Of a DNA stretch of 64,000 nucleotides, positions 1 through 9,767 are shown piece after piece. The notes under the pieces are model-generated. The model made no database searches. It was not told the origin of the DNA and was given only the letters and a program-made list of their open reading frames with translations. Position numbers and translations under genes: made by a program. The stretch is from a virus (Duplodnaviria > Caudoviricetes), in IMG/VR virus record IMGVR_UViG_3300025372_000001; one strand, 5' to 3'. The stretch's first letter is position 1; every line of letters begins with the position of its first letter.

Positions 1-3000
1 ATTTAATAATTCCGCGACGTTCGCCATACCAACTTATATTATATTTCGGAAAAGTAGGATTAACAATCGTATGATTGTTGTTTAAGGTATTGAAATTATC
101 AAATACTTTATTAACTTGATTATTGAATGTGGAAGCGAATTGCCAATCATCTGCATTGATTCCAATGTTATTGAAAGGAAGAGTAATATTGTCAGGAATT
201 TCTCGGAATAAACCGGGATTATAATTTTCAAAAGAATCTTTAACAACTAATAGATCAGTATATTTCTTAGAAGATGGCGCATATAACCTATTGAAACTGG
301 TGACAGAAGGACTGTATGTTCCCGCAGAAAGATACCTAGCAGTAATAGTGGTATTATTTGTAAATGAATATAAATTACCTAATCCATCATCTAATCTATA
401 AGCATAATAATACCGAGATTGTGGAAAGTTTGTAGTTATATGAACTAATTCCCCGGAAGAAAGAAGATTCTTATTGACATAAATGTCCAATGATGGATAA
501 TCAAATGCAGAAATATTGATAGAATTTGTTAGGAAATTCTCTGCAATAGGACACATAGTTGAATTAGCCAGTTTCTTCAGAACTGTTCCACTTGCCCAAA
601 AAGTAAAGGATGTATCAGTATTTTCCTTAATAGATAAAACTCTGGTTGGATTAGAAGTAAACCTGGTGATATATGATTTATCATTTAAATGAACAGGATA
701 AGTCCGAGAACCATCATTGACCATTAAATCATAATCAATAGAAACGATTTCGAATGGATTATGTTCAATTTCAAAATCAACATAATCGAGTGTTCTATTG
801 ATGAAGAACCGATCAGCATTGGCTGATAAGGTTGCATTAAAAGGAGGAAGGTCTTCAAATCTTAATAATTGTTTATAGATTGAACTATCATCAGCAGATG
901 CAACATTATAAATGGTTAAGTAATCTTCTGGTCCAAAATATTGATTAAATGCTTTAATATTGATTGGAGAAGCAGATAATACAGATAAGGCATTATTATC
1001 AATAGGATAATAGAATAAGGAAGAGTTGGAGGTTAGAGAAGGGCCATTAGTTACTTCATAAACATATTGATCAAAGCCGGGAGCAGCAGAGAATACAATA
1101 GAATTGGTATAACAAGGAACATTATAAGAAGTTAATCCGCTAGAAGAAACAGCATAGTTACTAACATTTAATTCTATTTGAGGATCATAGGCATATTGCG
1201 GAAAGCTGATATAATCAAAGGGTTGAATTCCGGTTAGAAGGAATACACACATACTTTCTTCAAAGTTATATGCTTTAAAATTACCGAAGATAGGAGTTGC
1301 TCCGAAAGCAGTGACACTTGCACAAATGGAACTAACTAAAGGCATTGCCACGGATAATCCTGAATAGTTGACATTATTAATTGTCCAAAGAATATTAGAA
1401 GGAATAGAAGAAACCGCAGAGATACCAGTTGAGCCAAGGCTGGTGATTTGCCAATTAAGGGCGGCAATATCAGCAATAAGAACAATATCCGCCGTTGCAG
1501 GGAATACAGTATTGACGAAGTTTTTACTATTGATATAAACTCCATTATCAGCAGAAAGAATGATGGAAAAATTACAATCAGGGAATTGACGGAAATTAAA
1601 TAATTTATCCGTAGTCATATTGTAATATTTTTGAGAGATATTACAATCGACATTGAAGGGAATTAGATTCGGATCATTATGGGATTTGATTGTGGAGAAA
1701 ATAGGAACAATGTGGGAATCTTGATAAGAAGCAGGATGAATGACATTTTCGGTTAAATTGACACGGTTCCAATCTTGCAGATGGAAGATTCCTTTAGGAT
1801 TGTGAAGGGTTTCTTTCCATGAGATATGAGCATCAAGAGGAACACGATAATTGAGTTGATTATAAACACACCATGCAGAAATGGGCACATGATTAATATA
1901 ATTCATATCGTATACATTTCCTTGTAATGTTCTTATATCAGTTGTAAGAGTCAATCCTACATTCTGCCATATACCTGTTACAGGAGGATACCATGTAACT
2001 GCTCCTGATATATCATATTCTTGAGAATAAAGTGTAAGAGTAGTTCTATCTACGCCTAGTCTATCCACATAGACATTTAAAGGTCCAGCAGGAATTAATG
2101 TATTAGTGGGAACAAATTTAGTTGTGGAGGTTGGAGGAGGAATAGTTAATACCTTCCAGAATCCATTCCAACCAACAGAAACTCCTGGTTCAGTACCACC
2201 GACTGATACGCTTGGTCCATAAGAAGCAAAATTAGAATTTACACATTCATAAGTTACTCCATTATGAAATACTTGATAACCCCCTAAATCAACACCTACT
2301 TCATCACTGGCATTAGAGGTATATTCAATACCTGCGATCCAATCAGGTTTAGTTGAAGAAGTTGCATATCCAATCGTTCCTATTTTCCATGCATTTTGCC
2401 ATTGATTACCTACTTCAGGAGCATAATCACTGCCATAATGAGCATTAATACTTTCATATAATGTTCCATTATACATGACTTGTGAACCTCTTTGATAAAT
2501 TCCAACAGATGCGCCTTCCCCAAGATAAGGAGGAAAGGTAGGATCATATGGAGGAATATAACTACTTGCATTAGATACAAATTCGGTTGTTTCAGATAAT
2601 CTAACATTTTCTGGAGGAAATATATCCCAAGAAATATTCATATTAGGATCATAATTCGGAAACATTGATACATTTAAATAAATTTGTGTATCAGATAAGG
2701 ACGAAATAGCAAAACTAATAGATGCTAAATTTTTATTAAGAATAAAATTAAATTGATCAGAATAATAATAAGAACCTGTAAATGAACTTATTTCAAATAC
2801 AACTGTGTGATTATTTGCGACATGATTATTATATAAACTAATATTTTGATTTAAAGGAAACCATTCTCCTTGAAGATATAATTCATTAGTAACTAGGTTC
2901 TTAGCACTTAATGTAGGATCATTGGTTAGTTCTTGGAATTTGGCCCGAATTTTATCTGTTCCTTCTGTAATTGCAAAAGTATTTTGGAAATAATTATCCA

Positions 3001-4240
3001 TCATATATGCAGACAATTGAACAGAAGATAGATTAGAATTATAGATAGTAAAATCTGGCCGGAAATGAATAGAACAACCTGAATAACTTTTTCCTGTGAC
3101 ACTTAGAGCAGAGGTCGTGAAATCAAAAGTAGAGAAATAAATACTTTCCGCCGAACTTAATGTATAAACATTCGGACTGGTATTATTGATGGAGAACTTA
3201 GTAATATCTGTGGCAGATGTTCGGGTTTGATAAGTGACATGAACAGGAGTATTTCTTGTAATATAAACATTATTATCAAGGGCAATATTAACTAAACCAG
3301 TATTATAGTTAATATTACTAGCTGGATCAACATAAGGATAAGGGATATTATACCCTTCATTAGGATAAAGACTATTGGTTTGTTCCAATTGTCTTCCGAC
3401 TAATTGAGTGTTATTAGCAGGATTTCCCCATACTGTATAATCATATGTTCGAGCAGCCAGATAATTAAGATCGATGGGTAATCCTACGAAGAAGCTATTA
3501 TTTCCTTGTGAACCGGTATAAGGATCAATTCTATTGTACCAGCGATAGGTTTGATTGTATTGAACTGCACTTTGATATGCCCAATATGCTCCTGGTGCCA
3601 TATTCAATGCAGTAATAGTTTTAAATGAAATAGATAATGATTCAGGAATGATATTATTATCCAATTGTAATTGTAAAGTATTGGCAGGATTTTGCATATA
3701 ATATGCAACATAATCCTTCTTTAATGCTGAATAATAGGCAGAAGTACAAACAATCTGACAATTATAACTACTTGGAGCAATAAGAGTTGGACTGGTATTA
3801 AGTTTTCTAAATTGTTCTTTAGAAATATCATCATTAATAACGAAAGGGGGAAGGAAACCGGAACTGACAACGATGGAATGGTTATCTAGTTTAGTTATGG
3901 CAGGATGAACATGGGTGGGAAAGACGGTGAAGGCAGAAACACCCGCAGAGAAAGAACCGTACAGATATTGATCAGGAGATTTAACTGTCCATGTTAAAGG
4001 GAAATTATCAGGAAGATTAATGAAACAAGAAGGAGTGGTAAAAGTAGTGTACGGCGGATTAACATTTTGTAATCCATAAGTGGAATCGAGGCTGAAACGT
4101 TCCACCCCAACATCATAATTACTATTAAAGAAATAAAGGCCGAGACGTTCTTGAACGGCAGCAACATCAATAGGATTCAAAGTAATTTGTAATACTTCTG
4201 TCGGAAATCCACTTAAAGCTGAAACACTATTGATAATCAT
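1..4240 (-). CDS. Large (>1413 aa, runs off left edge) Asn/Ser/Thr-rich putative virion structural protein with two CBM5/12-like repeats
   Basis: ATG at 4240 after a TAAATA box; hand translation gives MIINSVSALSGFPTEVLQ...WYGERRGIIK with no stop seen; absent from the ORF track because the stop lies outside the window. Confidence 0.8.
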   Translation of the reverse strand, partial: MIINSVSALSGFPTEVLQITLNPIDVAAVQERLGLYFFNSNYDVGVERFSLDSTYGLQNVNPPYTTFTTPSCFINLPDNFPLTWTVKSPDQYLYGSFSAGVSAFTVFPTHVHPAITKLDNHSIVVSSGFLPPFVINDDISKEQFRKLNTSPTLIAPSSYNCQIVCTSAYYSALKKDYVAYYMQNPANTLQLQLDNNIIPESLSISFKTITALNMAPGAYWAYQSAVQYNQTYRWYNRIDPYTGSQGNNSFFVGLPIDLNYLAARTYDYTVWGNPANNTQLVGRQLEQTNSLYPNEGYNIPYPYVDPASNINYNTGLVNIALDNNVYITRNTPVHVTYQTRTSATDITKFSINNTSPNVYTLSSAESIYFSTFDFTTSALSVTGKSYSGCSIHFRPDFTIYNSNLSSVQLSAYMMDNYFQNTFAITEGTDKIRAKFQELTNDPTLSAKNLVTNELYLQGEWFPLNQNISLYNNHVANNHTVVFEISSFTGSYYYSDQFNFILNKNLASISFAISSLSDTQIYLNVSMFPNYDPNMNISWDIFPPENVRLSETTEFVSNASSYIPPYDPTFPPYLGEGASVGIYQRGSQVMYNGTLYESINAHYGSDYAPEVGNQWQNAWKIGTIGYATSSTKPDWIAGIEYTSNASDEVGVDLGGYQVFHNGVTYECVNSNFASYGPSVSVGGTEPGVSVGWNGFWKVLTIPPPTSTTKFVPTNTLIPAGPLNVYVDRLGVDRTTLTLYSQEYDISGAVTWYPPVTGIWQNVGLTLTTDIRTLQGNVYDMNYINHVPISAWCVYNQLNYRVPLDAHISWKETLHNPKGIFHLQDWNRVNLTENVIHPASYQDSHIVPIFSTIKSHNDPNLIPFNVDCNISQKYYNMTTDKLFNFRQFPDCNFSIILSADNGVYINSKNFVNTVFPATADIVLIADIAALNWQITSLGSTGISAVSSIPSNILWTINNVNYSGLSVAMPLVSSICASVTAFGATPIFGNFKAYNFEESMCVFLLTGIQPFDYISFPQYAYDPQIELNVSNYAVSSSGLTSYNVPCYTNSIVFSAAPGFDQYVYEVTNGPSLTSNSSLFYYPIDNNALSVLSASPINIKAFNQYFGPEDYLTIYNVASADDSSIYKQLLRFEDLPPFNATLSANADRFFINRTLDYVDFEIEHNPFEIVSIDYDLMVNDGSRTYPVHLNDKSYITRFTSNPTRVLSIKENTDTSFTFWASGTVLKKLANSTMCPIAENFLTNSINISAFDYPSLDIYVNKNLLSSGELVHITTNFPQSRYYYAYRLDDGLGNLYSFTNNTTITARYLSAGTYSPSVTSFNRLYAPSSKKYTDLLVVKDSFENYNPGLFREIPDNITLPFNNIGINADDWQFASTFNNQVNKVFDNFNTLNNNHTIVNPTFPKYNISWYGERRGIIK

Positions 4241-4294
4241 TACCTTTATTTATTAACGATAGAAACCGGAGATGGATTATGATATATAGTAATA

Positions 4295-4522
4295 ATGTTA
4301 TTCTGGATCATTTTATTAATTTTAATTTATTCTTTTGGCGGTTTTTATTTTATGCGGGATTACTATCAAAGATGTTATCTTTCAGGAAGTTTACCTTTTA
4401 ATGGTTCAATGATAAAATTCGTAGGATTTTCTTTGATGTTGGGAGTTTTCACGGCATATTTGTGTATTGTTTCGTTTGTTGTGATATTTTGGCGGTTGTT
4501 GAACGAAATTTGTAAAAAATAA
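4295..4522 (+). CDS. Small membrane protein (2 hydrophobic segments)
   Basis: 75-aa ORF, hydrophobic. Confidence 0.6.
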   Translation: MLFWIILLILIYSFGGFYFMRDYYQRCYLSGSLPFNGSMIKFVGFSLMLGVFTAYLCIVSFVVIFWRLLNEICKK

Positions 4523-4551
4523 TTGACATTGGATAATATAGGTGATATAGT
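4523..4551 (+). promoter_or_regulatory. sigma70-type promoter
   Basis: TTGACA-17-TATAGT. Confidence 0.8.
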
Positions 4552-4556
4552 GAATG

Positions 4557-4697
4557 GCACTGGTAAGCCTCTCTCATCAGGAGGCGGATGATGAAGAACA
4601 CTGAAAATATACAAAATTGTTAATTTGAAAACATAATAATCTAGTAAAAAGTTTTCCTTTTTGTAGAAAATAAGAGAATGTTCATCCAGTGTAACCA
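4557..4697 (+). ncRNA. Candidate structured small RNA
   Basis: Begins at predicted TSS; 5' GCACTGG pairs with CCAGTGT (4686-4692); internal GCCTC/GAGGC hairpin; no credible ORF. Confidence 0.35.
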
Positions 4698-4721
4698 TTT
4701 CAGAAAATAATTAAAAAATAA

Positions 4722-4749
4722 TTGACATGAAGAATAAATATGGTAACGT
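4722..4749 (+). promoter_or_regulatory. sigma70-type promoter (extended -10) upstream of tRNA-Met
   Basis: TTGACA-16-TAACGT with TG; shares TAAAAAATAATTGACAT with the 4523 promoter. Confidence 0.65.
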
Positions 4750-4910
4750 ATAGACGTTGTTAGTTGGTAGTAGTTCTTGATAAAGCATTCCTACGAGATG
4801 AACATCTGGCTAAAATAATCAAGAGGGTCTTGATGTTGATGCCGCTTAATTTGGACAAAAATAAGATGCTGTGAATGTTAGCAAAATTCGTAACAAAGGT
4901 AAATTTAAAT

Positions 4911-5002
4911 AGCAGGGTAGAGAAACAGTTGATCTCGTCGGGTTCATATTCCGAAGGCTACTCAAAAGCGCATAATTGGTGCAACACCAGCCCCTGCAAC
5001 CA
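4911..5002 (+). tRNA. tRNA-Met(CAT), initiator-like, atypical with 20-nt variable region
   Basis: AGCAGGG/CCCTGCA-A-CCA acceptor with 1:72 mismatch; GAGA/TCTC D stem; TCGGG-TTCATAT-TCCGA anticodon arm; weak T arm ATTGG-TGCAACA-CCAGC. Confidence 0.75.
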
Positions 5003-5850
5003 TTCAATAAAAATATCAAATTCTTTTTGGACAAATTTGGGATTAAATTTACCCATGTCTTTTATGGTGTACGCGGTATAACCAACCTTTTCTATTTCGC
5101 TAATTTTTATTTTATCTCTGTTTTGAACTTGAGCGACCGAATGTTTATCTTTAATTTTCTTATAGTGCCATGCTCCGTTCCATAGTATAGCGATTCCGTA
5201 GTATGGAATAATTACATCTGCGTCCCACCCATTAAAAATAGGTTGATTTGTTTTAATATGTAGTCCGACTTGTTCGCATTTCTCCGCAAAAAGCGTTTCA
5301 TTCTTGCTTCTTCTTGTGTGCTTTTGAGAAGCGGCAGAGTTTCGACCACCTCTTCGTGCTCCGTCTAACCTAATAGAATTAGTGCATTCTATGCTACAGG
5401 TTTTCTTTAAACGGGTAGTTGCGATAAAATCTTTCTTACAGCACTCGCATTTCTTAAGAATATTGAAAAACGAACTAGGTTTTTTATATAGAGGTTTGCA
5501 TTCGGTACAAACCCTGCCATTTTTTCGAGAATTTGGTGAAACAGTAATGTTATTATTACAGTTAACACAATTTGTTTCTATAAATTTACCCTTTAATGTA
5601 AATCCTTTTTTAATACGTTCCGCATTATTATGGATTGCTCCACAAGATAATGAACAAAATAAACTATTTTTATATTTAACGAGATAGGGGGTATTACATT
5701 GTTTACATTCTGCATATTTGTGTTCTTTTTAGGCGGAACATAATTTTTAAAATTACAATGAAATTTTCCATTACAGGATTTAGAACAAAATAAATTAGGT
5801 TGTCCAGGTTTATCAGAAAAGAAAGTATTACAGAATTTACAATTAGCCAC
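4958..5850 (-). pseudogene. Frameshifted multi-zinc-finger endonuclease (Vsr/DUF559-like, homing-endonuclease type)
   Basis: GTG start at 5850 (MANCKFC...); a -1 shift at CCT AAA AAG (~5726-5731) continues KEHKYAECKQC...RRSKNETLFAE...WDADVIIP...IAILWNGAWHY...IKDMGKFNPKFV to TAG at 4958. Confidence 0.7.
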
Positions 5851-5863
5851 AAAGATATTTACC

Positions 5864-5892
5864 TTGACATTTGGTTAAATCACTAGTATAGT
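5864..5892 (+). promoter_or_regulatory. sigma70-type promoter
   Basis: TTGACA-17-TATAGT. Confidence 0.8.
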
Positions 5893-5958
5893 TCTATTAA
5901 GTCAGTGCGATTCTGACACGTTTGCAACATCATTCAATAATAAATAATAATAAATAAT

Positions 5959-6369
5959 ATGAAAAAAGTATCATTGTTTTCGAATATTTCATCGAAAACA
6001 TTAACTAATTATGAATTACATAATAGAGCATTTAAACCTACTTTCTATCTTGAATTGGAAGGAGAAGAATTTAAGTCCCAATATAAATTAGAGGTTGAAT
6101 CTTTTTATACATTATATAATTCTTTTAAAAAATGTGCGGAAATATTTGAAAATTACGAGAGAAAATTATCCGATTATAATATCGCAAAAAATCTCGGAAA
6201 GAAATTTGAATATACTGGTGAAGTTGATTTTGGCGGAGGTATAGGAAGATATACAATAGTTTCTTCGGAAACTTCGGAAGAAGAAATTAATAAGTTGATT
6301 TTAGATGCAGCACATACCAATAGTCAAAGTGCATATGTGTCAAGATACAGTATTACCAATATTCAATAA
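5959..6369 (+). CDS. Hypothetical protein
   Basis: 136-aa ORF. Confidence 0.75.
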   Translation: MKKVSLFSNISSKTLTNYELHNRAFKPTFYLELEGEEFKSQYKLEVESFYTLYNSFKKCAEIFENYERKLSDYNIAKNLGKKFEYTGEVDFGGGIGRYTIVSSETSEEEINKLILDAAHTNSQSAYVSRYSITNIQ

Positions 6370-6388
6370 TAACCAATAATTAAAAAAT

Positions 6389-6823
6389 ATGTTTAATAAA
6401 ATCTTCAAATTCCTCGGAATTGGAAATAAACGATCTATGGGAGGACGGGTTAAACCCTCCAATATATACCCTGTCCCTCTTCCGCATGAATATGTTGAAC
6501 CGGAAAATACTACTTCTAAGTCTTTAACTGAAAAGGTTTTGAAGGATTTGGATGCTTGTCCAGCTTATCAGTGGAGTCGAGAACGTTTAAAGTATAATTA
6601 TTGGAGTTTTAACACATTACCATATTGTTTAGTAGTAGATGATGTTCAACGTTTAGCATTTCCGACTACTTTAGAATCTAAGTATAACTCTTTACAAGAA
6701 GTGTTGACCGAAAAACATCAGAAAGAGATTTATAAGAAATTCTGCGAACAACAGAGACAACACGAAACTACACTTTCCCTAAAAGAACAAAACGAACTAT
6801 TACAGCTTTTTAAGCTTAGGTAA
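6389..6823 (+). CDS. Hypothetical protein
   Basis: 144-aa ORF. Confidence 0.75.
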   Translation: MFNKIFKFLGIGNKRSMGGRVKPSNIYPVPLPHEYVEPENTTSKSLTEKVLKDLDACPAYQWSRERLKYNYWSFNTLPYCLVVDDVQRLAFPTTLESKYNSLQEVLTEKHQKEIYKKFCEQQRQHETTLSLKEQNELLQLFKLR

Positions 6824-6831
6824 ATAATTCT

Positions 6832-7443
6832 ATGAAGTTTAAAGATTTCTTTAACGAAAGAGAATTATTAGCAGAATATAAAGTTAATATAAGTAATGGA
6901 GCAGAATGGTCCAGGTTAATTCCTAAACAGTTAGACAATATTAGTAAATTGATTGGGCTTGAGCTTAATTCTAAATTTCCTTGGTTTATTTTTAATATTG
7001 ACGGACAAGAATATATTTGTGGTTATATTACCATTAATCATAATTTTACTTTCTTTAATTTGACTCAAGCAATAGAAGCGAGGGAAATATCCTTAGCCGA
7101 TCTTTCAGTATTATCTAAAAATAGTATAATTAAATTTATTAATACTATTTGTTCTATTTTAGAATGGTTAAGCCGAAAGAACATTAATAAATTTGTTTTT
7201 CAACATGACGATAAAAAACGAACAGATTTATATTTGAAATTCTTAGAAAAGAGTTTACCTTCATTTCTACCTGAGTTTAAGGTAATGAAGATGGATAAAA
7301 GAATTCTTTTATATAGGCCATTAGGAGATGATTTAAGATTAGATGAATCCTTTAAAGGTGAAATATTTAGACGAGACGAAGAAAGAGGATTAAGTATGTT
7401 TAGAAACTTTAAACCTTATACTTTTCAAAAATACAATTCATGA
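6832..7443 (+). CDS. Hypothetical protein, late-promoter-associated
   Basis: 203 aa; TAAATA at 6821; N-terminus MKFKDFFNE. Confidence 0.75.
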   Translation: MKFKDFFNERELLAEYKVNISNGAEWSRLIPKQLDNISKLIGLELNSKFPWFIFNIDGQEYICGYITINHNFTFFNLTQAIEAREISLADLSVLSKNSIIKFINTICSILEWLSRKNINKFVFQHDDKKRTDLYLKFLEKSLPSFLPEFKVMKMDKRILLYRPLGDDLRLDESFKGEIFRRDEERGLSMFRNFKPYTFQKYNS

Positions 7444-8159
7444 AATATCGAAGTTTATTTATTTCCGACGTTCATTTAGGCGTTCAGCATACTCATTTGG
7501 ATAAACTTTTAAAAGTTCTAAAAGATAATGAATTTGAATATTTGTATTTGGTTGGAGATATTGTTGATTTCTGGAAATTAAGAAGAAAACTAGAATGGGG
7601 AGAATTAGAAAACACTTTTATTCAAAAGATTTTCCGATTAGCCCGAAAAGGTGTTAAGATATATTATCAACCGGGGAATCATGATTGGGAAATGGAAAAA
7701 TTCCAAGATCAACATTTTGGTAATATTGAAATTCTAGAAAGAATTGTTCACACCACTTTACAAGGAGAAAAGATATTAATTCTTCATGGACATCAATTTG
7801 ATGGAATTGTGGAACATAATAAATGGATTCAACATTTAGGATCAGTGTTATATGAATGGCTACTGGTTTTCAATGTTAATTTCAATTGGATTAGATATAA
7901 ATTAGGATTAGGATATTGGTCTATCAGCAAATATCTTAAAAGTAAGACGAAGGAAGCAGTTAATTATGTTTCTAAGTATGAAGAAACTTTAATTGAATAT
8001 GCAAAAAGTCACCATGTTAATAGTATCATGTGCGGACATATTCATACCCCCGCTCTTAATAGAGGCACGATCAACTATTATAATACAGGCGATTGGGTTG
8101 AGAATTCTTCTTTTCTTGTTGAAGATTTGAATGGTAATGTTATATTGATGGAAGTCTAA
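7440..8159 (+). CDS. Calcineurin-like metallophosphoesterase (LpxH-like)
   Basis: Motifs SDVH, GDIVD, GNHD, HGH, GHIH. Confidence 0.85.
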   Translation: MKYRSLFISDVHLGVQHTHLDKLLKVLKDNEFEYLYLVGDIVDFWKLRRKLEWGELENTFIQKIFRLARKGVKIYYQPGNHDWEMEKFQDQHFGNIEILERIVHTTLQGEKILILHGHQFDGIVEHNKWIQHLGSVLYEWLLVFNVNFNWIRYKLGLGYWSISKYLKSKTKEAVNYVSKYEETLIEYAKSHHVNSIMCGHIHTPALNRGTINYYNTGDWVENSSFLVEDLNGNVILMEV

Positions 8160-8173
8160 TACAAAAATAATAA

Positions 8174-9343
8174 ATGAAATTTAAAACACTATATGCTCGC
8201 ACCAGCACAGGTGCCATCCAAGAATGGACAATTCTTGTCGAAGATAACTATTATTATACCATTTATGGTCAAAAAGATGGACAATTAGTTACTACGCTTC
8301 CTTCTTATTGCGAAGGAAAGAATATTGGTAAAAAGAACGAAACTTCTCCAAACGCCCAAGCTCTTAAAGAAGCAAAAGCAATTTATAATAAAAAACTAAA
8401 AGAAGGTTATAAAGAAAACGTAGAAGATATTGATGAAGAAACTTTCTTTCAACCAATGTTGGCAAAGAAATTCGTTGACTATCAACATAAAGTTGTTTAT
8501 CCGGTAATCGTAGACAATAAACTTAACGGTATAAGAATTATTCTTAAGAAAGATGGTGCATTTTCTCGAACAGGAGAAGAGTTTCATTGTCTTGATCATA
8601 TTAAAGAGGAATTAGCTCCTTTATTTGAAAGGTATCCTTCTCTTATTTTAGATGGAGAATTATATAATGAATCATTAAAAAATGAGCTTAATGCTATCGC
8701 TTCATTAGTAAGCGTTAATCGTAAAGAATTAGATGTTACAGAGGACGATAGAGAAAATGCAAAGAGGTTAGTTCAATTCCATGTATATGATGGATATAAT
8801 TTCTATGACACTGATCTTAATTATCGAGTCTTAAGAGAAACAGATCATGTTTTTCGTAGAATGGGTATTAGAACAATGTTTGAATCAATATCATTATCAT
8901 TAAAGTACACCTTTGCGCATCCTTATGCAATGGTTGATTCTTTTGAAGAAATTGCTGCAATGATGGAAGTGGTTAAACAAGAAAAACGAGAAGGCTTAGT
9001 TATTAAAAATCCTAATGCTCCTTATGAAAATAAACGTTCCAAACACATGCTTAAACTTAAAGTGTTTATGGATGAAGAATTTGAAGTAGTTGGCTTCTTA
9101 GAAGGAACTGGTAATTGGGCAGGAAAAGTTAAGAAAGTAGTTTGTAAGCTCAATGTTCCTGCTACTAATGGTAAAACTACATTTGAATCTAATATTAGAG
9201 GTTCCATGCCTCAATTAGAAGAATTATGGAATAACCGGGATCAACATATCGGTAAAAAAGTAACAGTTGACTTCCAAGAGTATTCGCCCTACTCGATTCC
9301 CCTTATTCCTTATTGTGAACCGTTTTTTAGAGATTATGAATGA
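8174..9343 (+). CDS. ATP-dependent DNA ligase
   Basis: KLNGIR, LDGELY, EGLVIK, KRSKHMLKLK motifs. Confidence 0.9.
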   Translation: MKFKTLYARTSTGAIQEWTILVEDNYYYTIYGQKDGQLVTTLPSYCEGKNIGKKNETSPNAQALKEAKAIYNKKLKEGYKENVEDIDEETFFQPMLAKKFVDYQHKVVYPVIVDNKLNGIRIILKKDGAFSRTGEEFHCLDHIKEELAPLFERYPSLILDGELYNESLKNELNAIASLVSVNRKELDVTEDDRENAKRLVQFHVYDGYNFYDTDLNYRVLRETDHVFRRMGIRTMFESISLSLKYTFAHPYAMVDSFEEIAAMMEVVKQEKREGLVIKNPNAPYENKRSKHMLKLKVFMDEEFEVVGFLEGTGNWAGKVKKVVCKLNVPATNGKTTFESNIRGSMPQLEELWNNRDQHIGKKVTVDFQEYSPYSIPLIPYCEPFFRDYE

Positions 9344-9767
9344 TATAGTCCGCATTTTCAAAAAAGATTTAGTTGATTTTGTTTTAAGACAAAACACCAA
9401 ACGTATTCGTCAAACTTCGATTGATTTCTATAGACATGCAGAAGATGAAAAAGACTTCATATCTCTTGGAATATATCAAGATAGTACTTTATTTGGAGTA
9501 ACCGCAGGAGAATTCAGTAATCAATTCGGTATTACTTTAATTGATGAACAATTTAGAAATAAAGGATATGGAACGCTTCTTTTACAACATAAAATAAACT
9601 TCTTTCGTGAGAAGAAAATATCTTATAGAACTTTAGTAGCAGAGGATAATCTTCAAAGTAGAAGAATGTGTGAAAAAGTGAAACTATCAATTGTTGATAT
9701 TACAGAAGGAATGCGCTCATCAGGAAAATATAACATATATCACTATATTGACAAAAATTATGAATAA
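9336..9767 (+). CDS. GNAT-family acetyltransferase
   Basis: FRNKGYGTLLL acetyl-CoA motif; start moved to the ATG overlapping the ligase stop. Confidence 0.7.
   Translation: MNDIVRIFKKDLVDFVLRQNTKRIRQTSIDFYRHAEDEKDFISLGIYQDSTLFGVTAGEFSNQFGITLIDEQFRNKGYGTLLLQHKINFFREKKISYRTLVAEDNLQSRRMCEKVKLSIVDITEGMRSSGKYNIYHYIDKNYE

Noticed and set aside
1336-2607. Track ORFs 1336-1545 and 2410-2607
   Set aside because: Out-of-frame shadows inside the large 1-4240 gene
4808-4849. tmRNA tag-like frame GGC TAA AAT AAT CAA GAG GGT CTT GAT GTT GAT GCC GCT TAA (ends DAA*)
   Set aside because: No alanyl tRNA-like domain with G3-U70 or matching T arm nearby, and a stop follows the would-be resume codon; likely chance
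4875-5687. Plus-strand ORFs 4875-5081, 4976-5185 and 5382-5687
   Set aside because: They overlap the tRNA or lie antisense to the endonuclease; composition is not protein-like
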